DNA of 25,298 nt from positions 1-25,298 of the forward strand of contig JBJMMA010000101.1 of the NCBI GenBank assembly GCA_045805065.1. The letters run 5' to 3'. The position numbers and the translations under genes are program-made. Under the pieces are notes generated by a model. The model made no database searches. It was given only the letters and a program-made list of their open reading frames with translations, and was not told the DNA's origin. Each line of letters opens with the position of its first letter. The stretch's first letter is position 1. This DNA is from Bdellovibrionia bacterium (GTDB lineage: Bacteria; Bdellovibrionota; UBA1018). Below, one piece after another: positions 8,943 through 16,783 of this stretch.

Positions 8943-9134
8943 ACTAATATTCCTGACAGACTTGGTCAACTACTAAAACATCGAAATGGATTTTTGCGTT
9001 TTGGCCTCACGCGCTTCAATTCTTGTGATGTGTTTTTACTGACACGACGACATATTGTAGCGTCTTCCCTACAGCCAATTCCCCACACCCAGTCCGAAAA
9101 TCGGTCTCATCTCAAATTTATCCTGTCCTGAGGG

Positions 9135-9151
9135 CTGGCCAGCCTCTTGCT
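9135..9151 (+). promoter_or_regulatory. Sigma54 (-24/-12) promoter
   Basis: CTGGCCAGCCTCTTGCT versus consensus YTGGCACGNNNNTTGCW, with exact GG-N10-GC spacing. It lies 38 nt before an ATG with a strong SD (AGGAGG, 9178-9183). Confidence 0.7.
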
Positions 9152-9189
9152 CATGGGCCTCCCGCGATTCTAATCGCAGGAGGAAATTT

Positions 9190-10197
9190 ATGAGAGAACT
9201 AATGAAAAACAGCCTGGCCCTAACACTGGGGCTTGGCATCTTGTTGGCGGGAACCCCGTCTTACGCAATCTTTTACACCCCCGAGCGCTGCGCGTTCGAC
9301 AGCCTCAATCAATGGTCACATGATTTGGATCCCGCCCATAACGGCACAAACGCGGACGCTAAGGGTACAGCGCGCGGGAGAAATGAGTGGTTCAGAGTCT
9401 GCCAACCGGGAATCTACGATACCGTCTATCCAACTCCGAGCGGCAATCCGACTCCCGAATTCAACAATGAGTATGATCCACTCATCAGCAAAAATGGATC
9501 CCATCGTCGCGTTTACGCAACTTTCGGCATTGTCACCGGCTTTGATTCAAACGGACAAACCCTCTTTCACAACAATGCTTCTAGCGGAGCATGGGTTGCG
9601 CCTACAGTGGCAGCCGCAAGTTCCGGCGCATCCGAGTGCGCAATGCCAAGTGGCTTTAAGTTCGTTGGTCTTTGCACTTCTGGGTGCGTAACGCCTGAGC
9701 AAGAAATTGCATCTCCTCAAGGCGATCTCGCGATAGAAGCACTGGAAAAACTCGAAACTCCGGCTGTCTACGTTCCAGAAGCAGGTCTGAATGGTGGAGC
9801 TTTTCGCCTGAGCGAAATTCCAGCCAAACGGTTCGTCAAAGACGTCACGCCAGCTCAGCAAAAAGTACTGGAAGTGTCCACTCTCTCTGGCGCCAAACTT
9901 CGCGTCTCTCCCGAACACCCTTTGCTGACTGGAAATATGACTTTCTCCATCGCTCAGGATCTAAAAGTCGGCCAAACACTGATTAAGGCCGATGGCAGAC
10001 AAGATCCTATCGTTTCGATCCAGGAAACGAGCTACTTCGGAAAGCTTCACAACCTCTATGTAGACACTGCTCGCATGGATCAAAGTCTCTACATCGTTCA
10101 AGGCTTTGTGAGCGGCGACAAACACTATCAAGACGTCAGCGTTTCGGACCTGAATCGCATGGCATTGCGCAGGCTCGTTCAGGTTTCCAATAAGTAA
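9190..10197 (+). CDS. Secreted protein with C-terminal Hint (Hedgehog/intein-like) autoprocessing domain
   Basis: Signal peptide (..PSYA-IF) and a ~140-aa unknown domain with 4 Cys. Hint block A G|C166VTPEQEI, block B LRVS240PEH243PLL, AQDLKVGQTL, IVSI, KLHNLYV, YIVQGFVSG. No terminal His-Asn. Confidence 0.85.
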   Translation: MRELMKNSLALTLGLGILLAGTPSYAIFYTPERCAFDSLNQWSHDLDPAHNGTNADAKGTARGRNEWFRVCQPGIYDTVYPTPSGNPTPEFNNEYDPLISKNGSHRRVYATFGIVTGFDSNGQTLFHNNASSGAWVAPTVAAASSGASECAMPSGFKFVGLCTSGCVTPEQEIASPQGDLAIEALEKLETPAVYVPEAGLNGGAFRLSEIPAKRFVKDVTPAQQKVLEVSTLSGAKLRVSPEHPLLTGNMTFSIAQDLKVGQTLIKADGRQDPIVSIQETSYFGKLHNLYVDTARMDQSLYIVQGFVSGDKHYQDVSVSDLNRMALRRLVQVSNK

Positions 10198-10200
10198 GAC

Positions 10201-10264
10201 GCAGATACTCATCGGTGAGAAGGGCCGCGGCCCTAACTGCTTAGACAATCTGCCTGGCCCTTCT
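10201..10264 (+). promoter_or_regulatory. Intergenic inverted repeats (alternative stem-loops)
   Basis: agaagggcc (10218-10226) / ggcccttct (10256-10264); 14-bp palindrome agggccgcggccct (10221-10234); gcagat (10201-10206) / atctgc (10248-10253). Confidence 0.45.
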
Positions 10265-10314
10265 TACAGAACCCGTTTTCCAAGCCTTTCCACTTTTTTG
10301 AAAAGATGTGATTT

Positions 10315-12396
10315 ATGAATTTTCTTTCGTTGCTAATATTTCTGGTATTCGCGGCCTCTTGTAATTCGGCAACTTCCGCCACCCAAAACCACTCCCCTGC
10401 GCCAACGTCAGACAGCGGTGCCTCGGTCACTCATCACGCTCGAGTCACCTGCAAGCCGTCATCCGATCCATTGAGCTGCCTACGAACTAATTGCAAAGAA
10501 ATCGGCGCTCAATTTAACGAATCCCAAAAGCGCTGCGAATGCCCAAAAGGAAAGAGCCTGAACACAGATCAAGGCTTTGAGTGCGTTTCGTCGGGAGATA
10601 TCTCTCCAATTGCTGACTATCTTAAAATGAACATGGGAGGAGCCACCCTTTACGCTAACTCCACTTCTACTTTACAAACTTTTTTTGAACGAGATGGAGC
10701 GGCGGTTGGGCACACTTCGACTCGTGGCAGCCTCATTGTCGCTAAGGATCCGAAGGATTTAATGTCAAATGGACAGGCCAAAACTATTTTGACAGGATCC
10801 AAATGGGATCTTTTCACAGTCAATTGGTTAAACGCACCCCAACTCAATATTTCCAGCTCGGGCAATGACGGTATTGCTGACCGCATGGCCGACCTAAATC
10901 TGGATTCAAAAATTGCATTCCTGGAGCCCAATTTCCCGCTTCGAACAGGTGCAGCAGATCTGGATTCTACGATCGAACAAAGTCTGGCCCTTTCGAAAAA
11001 CGTTCCTGCCGAAGAAAATTACATCTCATATACCGAAGCGGGCTGCATCGATCAGTGTCTGGCCGACTCTCAGGTCCTTGAGAGTCATCAATTCCGTGTC
11101 ACTCGTCAGCGCTATTACTATGGTGGCACTGTAGTTCAGGATCTCATCACAGTCTTCGACCGATACAAACAAGAAGACGCAGCGGCACTCTTCCTGATTA
11201 ACGGACATCTTGCCTACTCCGTTATCCAAGAAGGCAGTGAAACCTGGTTGCATGGAAATGAAGGATCCATTGCAGAGAGTCGCATCAAGCTTCTTCAGAC
11301 CTTTCCTGATCGTACATCCATCCCAACTGAAACAGCTTTCAAAGACGAAACGCCTATCGTTATTTTTGAGAACGCAGAGAATGCGAATTTGGCGCCGATC
11401 GTGCCTCGAGGGCCTTGGAAGCAAAGCCATGTCTTTGGCTGGTTCAAACCTCAAGATGAACAACCTTTCTTCAAAAACTATCCGGGCTACAATGCTGATT
11501 TTGGCAAAGAGCATCTCGCGGGCGGTCTTGAATCCTCTCATCCGATCGCTGTCGCAAATCTCGCATCCAACAATTATCAGCACCCTTTAATCCCGCTCCA
11601 AGAAGCAGACCTTCTGAACGGAAGCTTTACGACTTTTGCAAATAACTATTCCGAAGCTCTGTCGGCATCCGCGACAAAACGTGCCACTCAACTTGTCGCA
11701 TCCGTATCTGAAGCCACGCCGATGTCCCCATCCGCTTGTCAAAACGGTCCGATTGGAAATGCAATCTCAGCTGCAAACTCTACGCTCTGGGTAATGGGAG
11801 CATCCAACTCAGGAGCAGACCTTGCCGTCGGAAAGAACATCTGTCCTCAATTATTGAACGGGAGTCGAATCATCAAGGTTGCATCATCGAGTGATGGAGA
11901 GCGACTCGTGTCAAGCTCCGCATACGGGCGTAAATCTGTCGACATTGCTGAAATCGGCTGCAGAGGCGTCCATGAAGCTAGCTGTAAATCCGAAAATGCA
12001 GCTACTTCGTTTGCCGCTCCCCGCCTGGCTCGAAAAATCGCGGACCTTGCCAATGAGTTTCCGATGGCAACGCCAGAGCAGATTCGCTTTGCAATGCTGA
12101 TCACAGCGAGAATCCCTGGAGCTGTATGCACCGGTTGGAACCATAGACACTGCGAGTATACCCAAGCACTTCCCGTCAGAAGTGGTGGCTTTGCTGATCC
12201 TCATGCAGCCAGAGTACTTCTCAGCGAACTTGCGACTCATGGCTGGCCAGATAGCTCAAAGCTTCAAACCGCTGAGTGGGTCGATCTCATCGTGCGAGCA
12301 ACCGCCGATCAACTTGACGACAAAAATGACGACCAGCGCGGACTGCTTGCTCTAGACCGCATCATCTTTCTTCGGGCTAATCAAGGAGCTCTCTAA
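10315..12396 (+). CDS. Lipoprotein with Cys-rich N-domain and divergent subtilase (S8-like) domain
   Basis: Lipobox AAS-C16 and a six-Cys module (aa 46-90). Propeptide-end-like SKIAFLEPNF. S8-like motifs IVIFE352N, SH409PIAVANLA, WVMGASN498SG, IIKVAS, SSAYGRKSVDIAEIG, ATS565FAAP, SGG. Confidence 0.78.
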   Translation: MNFLSLLIFLVFAASCNSATSATQNHSPAPTSDSGASVTHHARVTCKPSSDPLSCLRTNCKEIGAQFNESQKRCECPKGKSLNTDQGFECVSSGDISPIADYLKMNMGGATLYANSTSTLQTFFERDGAAVGHTSTRGSLIVAKDPKDLMSNGQAKTILTGSKWDLFTVNWLNAPQLNISSSGNDGIADRMADLNLDSKIAFLEPNFPLRTGAADLDSTIEQSLALSKNVPAEENYISYTEAGCIDQCLADSQVLESHQFRVTRQRYYYGGTVVQDLITVFDRYKQEDAAALFLINGHLAYSVIQEGSETWLHGNEGSIAESRIKLLQTFPDRTSIPTETAFKDETPIVIFENAENANLAPIVPRGPWKQSHVFGWFKPQDEQPFFKNYPGYNADFGKEHLAGGLESSHPIAVANLASNNYQHPLIPLQEADLLNGSFTTFANNYSEALSASATKRATQLVASVSEATPMSPSACQNGPIGNAISAANSTLWVMGASNSGADLAVGKNICPQLLNGSRIIKVASSSDGERLVSSSAYGRKSVDIAEIGCRGVHEASCKSENAATSFAAPRLARKIADLANEFPMATPEQIRFAMLITARIPGAVCTGWNHRHCEYTQALPVRSGGFADPHAARVLLSELATHGWPDSSKLQTAEWVDLIVRATADQLDDKNDDQRGLLALDRIIFLRANQGAL

Positions 12397-13055
12397 TGAA
12401 AACTAAAATCGTGCTCATGATCTTTGTGTTGATTACTATGGCTGGTCTTGCAGCTAAAAAATACGGAACCTCTTCGCCCTCAGAGACGGTCGCTGCTTCC
12501 AAAATGCGACTCATGGGTCAGAGTCAGGAAGAGCAAAAAGATGAAACCGCACAGGCCCATCCAAGCTCGGACAAAAATGAGCGCCAGCTGACACAAAGCC
12601 TGGTCAAACTTCAGGCCCTGTCCAAAATCGTGATTTCAACTCCTGAGAAGACGGCAGCTCTTCGAGATCTTCTCTCCGATCAGCGTCTGCAGGCTGAAAT
12701 CTCTCGCGTGATGGTCGACCCGGGCACTTATCAAGGCGAAGGGTTTCATCGAAAGCTTCGGCTGATAGATGCTCTTTACGAAGGATTGAAGATTCAAGAC
12801 TCAAGTCTTCAAGAACGGTATTTTACGATCGCTTCGGATGTCATGACGGTTTCTCCACCAGAGGTCATCCAGAAAGATCCAGAGCTCTTGCGGCAGTTTG
12901 TGGCAGATCGTGCTGAAATTGCGCTTTCGCTGCTCAAGGCGTTTCCAGAGCGAGCTCAGGCCATGGAACGTAAAACCACATCCGAGAGCAAAGAAGCCGC
13001 TCTGGCGTTTCAGAACGCACATCGCCTCTTATCGACCTATAACGTGTCCATTTGA
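12396..13055 (+). CDS. Membrane-anchored or secreted all-helical hypothetical protein
   Basis: Translationally coupled (TAATG, 12394-12398). Hydrophobic N-terminus, polar linker and amphipathic helices; no family recognised. Confidence 0.75.
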   Translation: MKTKIVLMIFVLITMAGLAAKKYGTSSPSETVAASKMRLMGQSQEEQKDETAQAHPSSDKNERQLTQSLVKLQALSKIVISTPEKTAALRDLLSDQRLQAEISRVMVDPGTYQGEGFHRKLRLIDALYEGLKIQDSSLQERYFTIASDVMTVSPPEVIQKDPELLRQFVADRAEIALSLLKAFPERAQAMERKTTSESKEAALAFQNAHRLLSTYNVSI

Positions 13056-13083
13056 TTTAACCCGTTTTTAAAGGAATGTTTTT

Positions 13084-16000
13084 ATGAAAAAGCTCCCCCT
13101 GGTTCTTTTGACTTTCGCCCTACTCCAGCAAGCGGCAATAGCCGCCGATCCTCCGCCCCCCGTGGATATCCCCATCGATATCAGTATGCTCAACCCTCCG
13201 CAGCTGGGTGGTGCCTATCACTCCGCATCCCAACGTTTTTCTAGTGCCTGCGTTCGAAACCCAGGGGGTACGATCGAGGTGAACCAGCAAGGCTCTCTTG
13301 CTGCTGAGATCGAGTCCAGTACTGAAGATGCTCTCTCCTCACTGGGCCTGCAGACCAGTGGCCGCTACAGCACCGGGCTCACGAAAACCTCTGCCTCTGC
13401 GGAGTTTGCAAAATCGACGATTCAGTCCGCATTTACGGTCAATCTGATTTACAAGTTCGTAAGCTCCTACTCCGAGCAGTTCAATGAGTCAGGAGACAAT
13501 AGCGTTACGATTAAAGACGCTTTCAAGTCTCTTCTCAATAACCAACGTGGCTTCTACCAGACTTGTGGTGATGAGTATGTCAGCGCTATCACGCGTACGG
13601 CTCAGATCCTGGTCAATCTGAGCATTCAGTTTGCTTCCAAAGAAGAAGCTCAGTCATTCGGTGCGCAATTTAAGTATGATTCACCCCACGTAGGAATCCA
13701 TGCAGCATTGGAAAGCGCGACCAAGAACGTCAGCAAGAAAACCAAAATGACGTTCAACTCGATTCAAATCGGGGGAACCGCCGGAAAATCGGGCAAAGCC
13801 ATCTGCCCAAGCGATATCTTGGGAAATGCCGGTCGCGATTCATCCTGCTCTGATTCCATGGTGCAATGCGGGTTCGGAAGCTTCAGTCAGTGCATCAACC
13901 TTTTTGAAAAGATCATCAGCTATAGCGCAGGCGATTTCTCGGATCAAATCGTCGATAAAACGAACGGTCATCCTCAGAACTACGCTGTGGCTGCGGTCCA
14001 TACCGAGCCTTATGTCTATGCGGGTGCGGACTTTCCCCAAGTTCCCGATGCCTCGCAGGAAAGATCCTTTCAAAATGAGCTCGCTATTTTAAATGGCCAT
14101 TTTGAACGCTATTTCAAGCAATGGGTGCTCGCAAGCAGGATTCTGTCCAACGAAGTGCCAAGACTCTCAGATCGACAACGCGGCAAAATGAATGCCGTCC
14201 AGCTGCAGCTTCATGATCTGGTCATGGGGCTCGTCAATCGAATCGACGATTGCTATAAGTCCGGCTACGCTGCTTGCGAGAAAAACTCAGGTGCAGAGCT
14301 CAACACTTTCCTGGACCAACAGCTTGCAAGCTTGAAAACAACTTTTGGCAGCGATCTGGATGATTCTGTCGTTGGAAAACTCGATGCAGATGGCGTTGAG
14401 GCTTCGATTATGAAGCTCAGTGCGCCTGAGACCTTTGCTCAGTTCTGTGACATCGCGGATGATCTGCATCCCTCATACAAAAGAACGGTCGACACCCTGA
14501 AAGCCGTGATCGACGCACAAGTCAAGAAAGCCAATGGCGAATTGCCTGAAGATCTGACTCACGGTGATCTTTGCGTGAATTATGGCCTGCGCCTCAATCG
14601 ATTGACCGAGCTTGATCTTTCGGCTCCAGTGGATGGAAAGCAGCTTTCCATCGGAAGCCTGGCTCCGCTGACAGCTCTTCCATCACTCACCCGCTTGAAT
14701 CTTGCCGATAGAGGCATCACGGACATCTCGCTTCTTCAAAATATGAGGAATCTCGAGTCGCTTAATCTGGATGGAAACGCCATTGATGATGTTTGCGCTT
14801 TGTCATCTCTGCCGAGGTTGCGCACGCTGAGCATTCAAAACCAGCAAGGTCAACTCGAGTCCATCGCATGTCTAAAATCCTCTCCTAAGCTCACCTCGCT
14901 GGATGTGCGTGGCAATCCTGGCAGCTTTACATGCCCCTTAAGCGATCCCCGCGGATGCAAGCTTCTCGATTTTACAAAATCGCTGACGATCTCCAAGCGT
15001 GCCTCACAGTGCGAGTTCAGGGTCGGAGCCCAAGCAACCACGATGTATGGCGCCCAGGTTCTGGTCTCGGGAGGAGTTGTTCCTGCAGATGGATATCATT
15101 CCATCAACTCTCTCTCGATCTACGACCAGAATGGCTGTCAGGCTGCTCCATCGACGCTTCAAGTGGCTCGGGCCAACCATACGGCAACGGCGCTTTTAGA
15201 CAGTCGCATTCTGATCGCCGGAGGCGACACGGATACTCTTGAAATCGTGACGCCTGTTTTGGGATTCAAGTCACAGCTTCTGCCCGTTCGCATGGATTCG
15301 GCGAGAAGCTTTCACACGGCGACACTCCTTCGCGATGGTCGCGTTCTGATCGTGGGAGGTTATCGTTCCATGATCGGGTTTTCGAGAGCTGGAGCCGTAC
15401 CATCACGTACCTATCAGATTGTGAATCCGCTCACGGGCAAGATCGATCTGACGGGAACACTTGTCTTTCCGCGGGCTGAGCACACGGCCACTTTGCTGGC
15501 CAATGGTTCTGTTTTGATCTTAGGAGGAAATCTCGGTGATCGAAGCCTGGCATCCGCTGAAGTCATTGATCCTGCGCAAACGTCCTCTCACTTGCTGGGT
15601 GACATGCTCGAGCCACGCTTTGGACAGTCGGCTTCCACGCTGCCGGATGGAAGAATTCTGATCGCTGGGGGTTTCAGCTACAAGGCCTACAAAGATAAGG
15701 ACGGCAATACGGTCATGACCCCAGCTGGCTTATCTTCGGTTGAGATCTATGATCCTTCAACTCAAAGATCCGAGCCGGTTCAAGATCATCTTGCCGTCGG
15801 TCGCGGAATGATGGCCACTCAGGCGCTTCCGGATGGCAGGATTCTTTTAGTGGGCGGAAGCATCGCTGGAAAGCTCTATGATTTCCACGCAGGTCGCATG
15901 CCTTCAAGCGCGCCAAACTATGAGGACTTCTTAGGCGCATCGTCTGTGATTGAAATCTACGATCCACAGACCGAAGGACTCTATCGCACGAACGATCTTT

Positions 16001-16122
16001 CGCTCGGACGAGTGCAGGCAGGCTTTGCGATGCTGAAGCCATCGGTCTACCTGATCATCGGTGGAACTGGCTCAAACGCTTCGCCCCTGAGCTCAGAGCT
16101 GGTGATTTACCGCGGACTTTAA
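13084..16122 (+). CDS. Secreted multidomain protein: MACPF/CDC-like N-domain + helical linker + LRRs + 7 Kelch repeats
   Basis: Signal peptide (AIA-A). MACPF-like elements LGGAY...C56, FYQTC161GDEYVSAI, QIGG and two alternating amphipathic segments. Five internalin-type LRRs (~14590-14920). Seven Kelch repeats of the R.xHTATLL.DGRVLI.GG type (~15015-16100). LRR and Kelch calls are strong; the MACPF call is moderate. Confidence 0.8.
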   Translation: MKKLPLVLLTFALLQQAAIAADPPPPVDIPIDISMLNPPQLGGAYHSASQRFSSACVRNPGGTIEVNQQGSLAAEIESSTEDALSSLGLQTSGRYSTGLTKTSASAEFAKSTIQSAFTVNLIYKFVSSYSEQFNESGDNSVTIKDAFKSLLNNQRGFYQTCGDEYVSAITRTAQILVNLSIQFASKEEAQSFGAQFKYDSPHVGIHAALESATKNVSKKTKMTFNSIQIGGTAGKSGKAICPSDILGNAGRDSSCSDSMVQCGFGSFSQCINLFEKIISYSAGDFSDQIVDKTNGHPQNYAVAAVHTEPYVYAGADFPQVPDASQERSFQNELAILNGHFERYFKQWVLASRILSNEVPRLSDRQRGKMNAVQLQLHDLVMGLVNRIDDCYKSGYAACEKNSGAELNTFLDQQLASLKTTFGSDLDDSVVGKLDADGVEASIMKLSAPETFAQFCDIADDLHPSYKRTVDTLKAVIDAQVKKANGELPEDLTHGDLCVNYGLRLNRLTELDLSAPVDGKQLSIGSLAPLTALPSLTRLNLADRGITDISLLQNMRNLESLNLDGNAIDDVCALSSLPRLRTLSIQNQQGQLESIACLKSSPKLTSLDVRGNPGSFTCPLSDPRGCKLLDFTKSLTISKRASQCEFRVGAQATTMYGAQVLVSGGVVPADGYHSINSLSIYDQNGCQAAPSTLQVARANHTATALLDSRILIAGGDTDTLEIVTPVLGFKSQLLPVRMDSARSFHTATLLRDGRVLIVGGYRSMIGFSRAGAVPSRTYQIVNPLTGKIDLTGTLVFPRAEHTATLLANGSVLILGGNLGDRSLASAEVIDPAQTSSHLLGDMLEPRFGQSASTLPDGRILIAGGFSYKAYKDKDGNTVMTPAGLSSVEIYDPSTQRSEPVQDHLAVGRGMMATQALPDGRILLVGGSIAGKLYDFHAGRMPSSAPNYEDFLGASSVIEIYDPQTEGLYRTNDLSLGRVQAGFAMLKPSVYLIIGGTGSNASPLSSELVIYRGL

Positions 16123-16159
16123 TCGTTACGACGAGACTCTGGCTCGGCTTAGGCCCGAC

Positions 16160-16783
16160 TTAGGCTCCACTGGGCCAAAGCTGAGCCGGAGGTCTTTCTC
16201 CGCGATTCAAAAAGTCCTGAAATTCTTTCAAGCGTTGAGCCTGATCGTTTTTCAACGAATCCAGACGAACCGACTGCTCTTGAGTGCGTCGATCCTCATC
16301 ATCGCTTTGAATCTTTAAAAGCACTTCACGGCGACGAAGATAGTCCTGAACGTAGCCTCTACGATCGGGTCCACTCTTGTGCTCAGCAAAGAACTTGTGA
16401 CGAGCCTGGCGTTCTTTTCCTTCCCACTCGTTGAGCTGCGCTTTATGTGCGGCTCGAAGCTCTTTCATCTCGGACTTATGCCGATGCTTGAGAGCAGCCA
16501 TCTCGTTGTCCTGAGCTTTGCTGTACTGCCGCAAAAGCGTTTTGGCTTCGGAAGGCGTAACGGTTGGAGAGACCGTAGGAGTATGGGTTGGAATCGCAGG
16601 GCTTCTCGGCGGGAACAAAACCGGAGACGCGCTTGCAGTAGGTTCACCGCTTGGACTTGCCGATGGAGCTGGCGATGGCGATGCGCCGTGGACACTCGTG
16701 AGCCCATAGGACAGCCCAAATGCTCCAAGAATTCCAATAAAAGTGGTAACTCCTAACGCGGTCTTCCTTCCCAATCGAGTCAT
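16160..16783 (-). CDS. Exported Pro/Ser/Thr-linker coiled-coil hypothetical protein
   Basis: Signal/TM N-terminus, SPSPAPSASPS linker and charged helical C-half. ATGA overlap with the protease stop. Confidence 0.78.
   Translation of the reverse strand: MTRLGRKTALGVTTFIGILGAFGLSYGLTSVHGASPSPAPSASPSGEPTASASPVLFPPRSPAIPTHTPTVSPTVTPSEAKTLLRQYSKAQDNEMAALKHRHKSEMKELRAAHKAQLNEWEGKERQARHKFFAEHKSGPDRRGYVQDYLRRREVLLKIQSDDEDRRTQEQSVRLDSLKNDQAQRLKEFQDFLNRGERPPAQLWPSGA

Noticed and set aside
8874..9131. 85-aa ORF across the IS end
   Set aside because: It spans the IS boundary and promoter region, has no SD and shows no protein-like features.
9685..10197. True intein or pretoxin-Hint toxin
   Set aside because: No terminal His-Asn plus nucleophile, no endonuclease, no conserved host protein, and no toxin domain after the Hint.
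13084..14040. Bacterial gasdermin plus protease anti-phage system
   Set aside because: Bacterial gasdermins are small cytoplasmic proteins. This one has a Sec signal, probable disulfides and ~700 further residues, and the protease is a lipoprotein.
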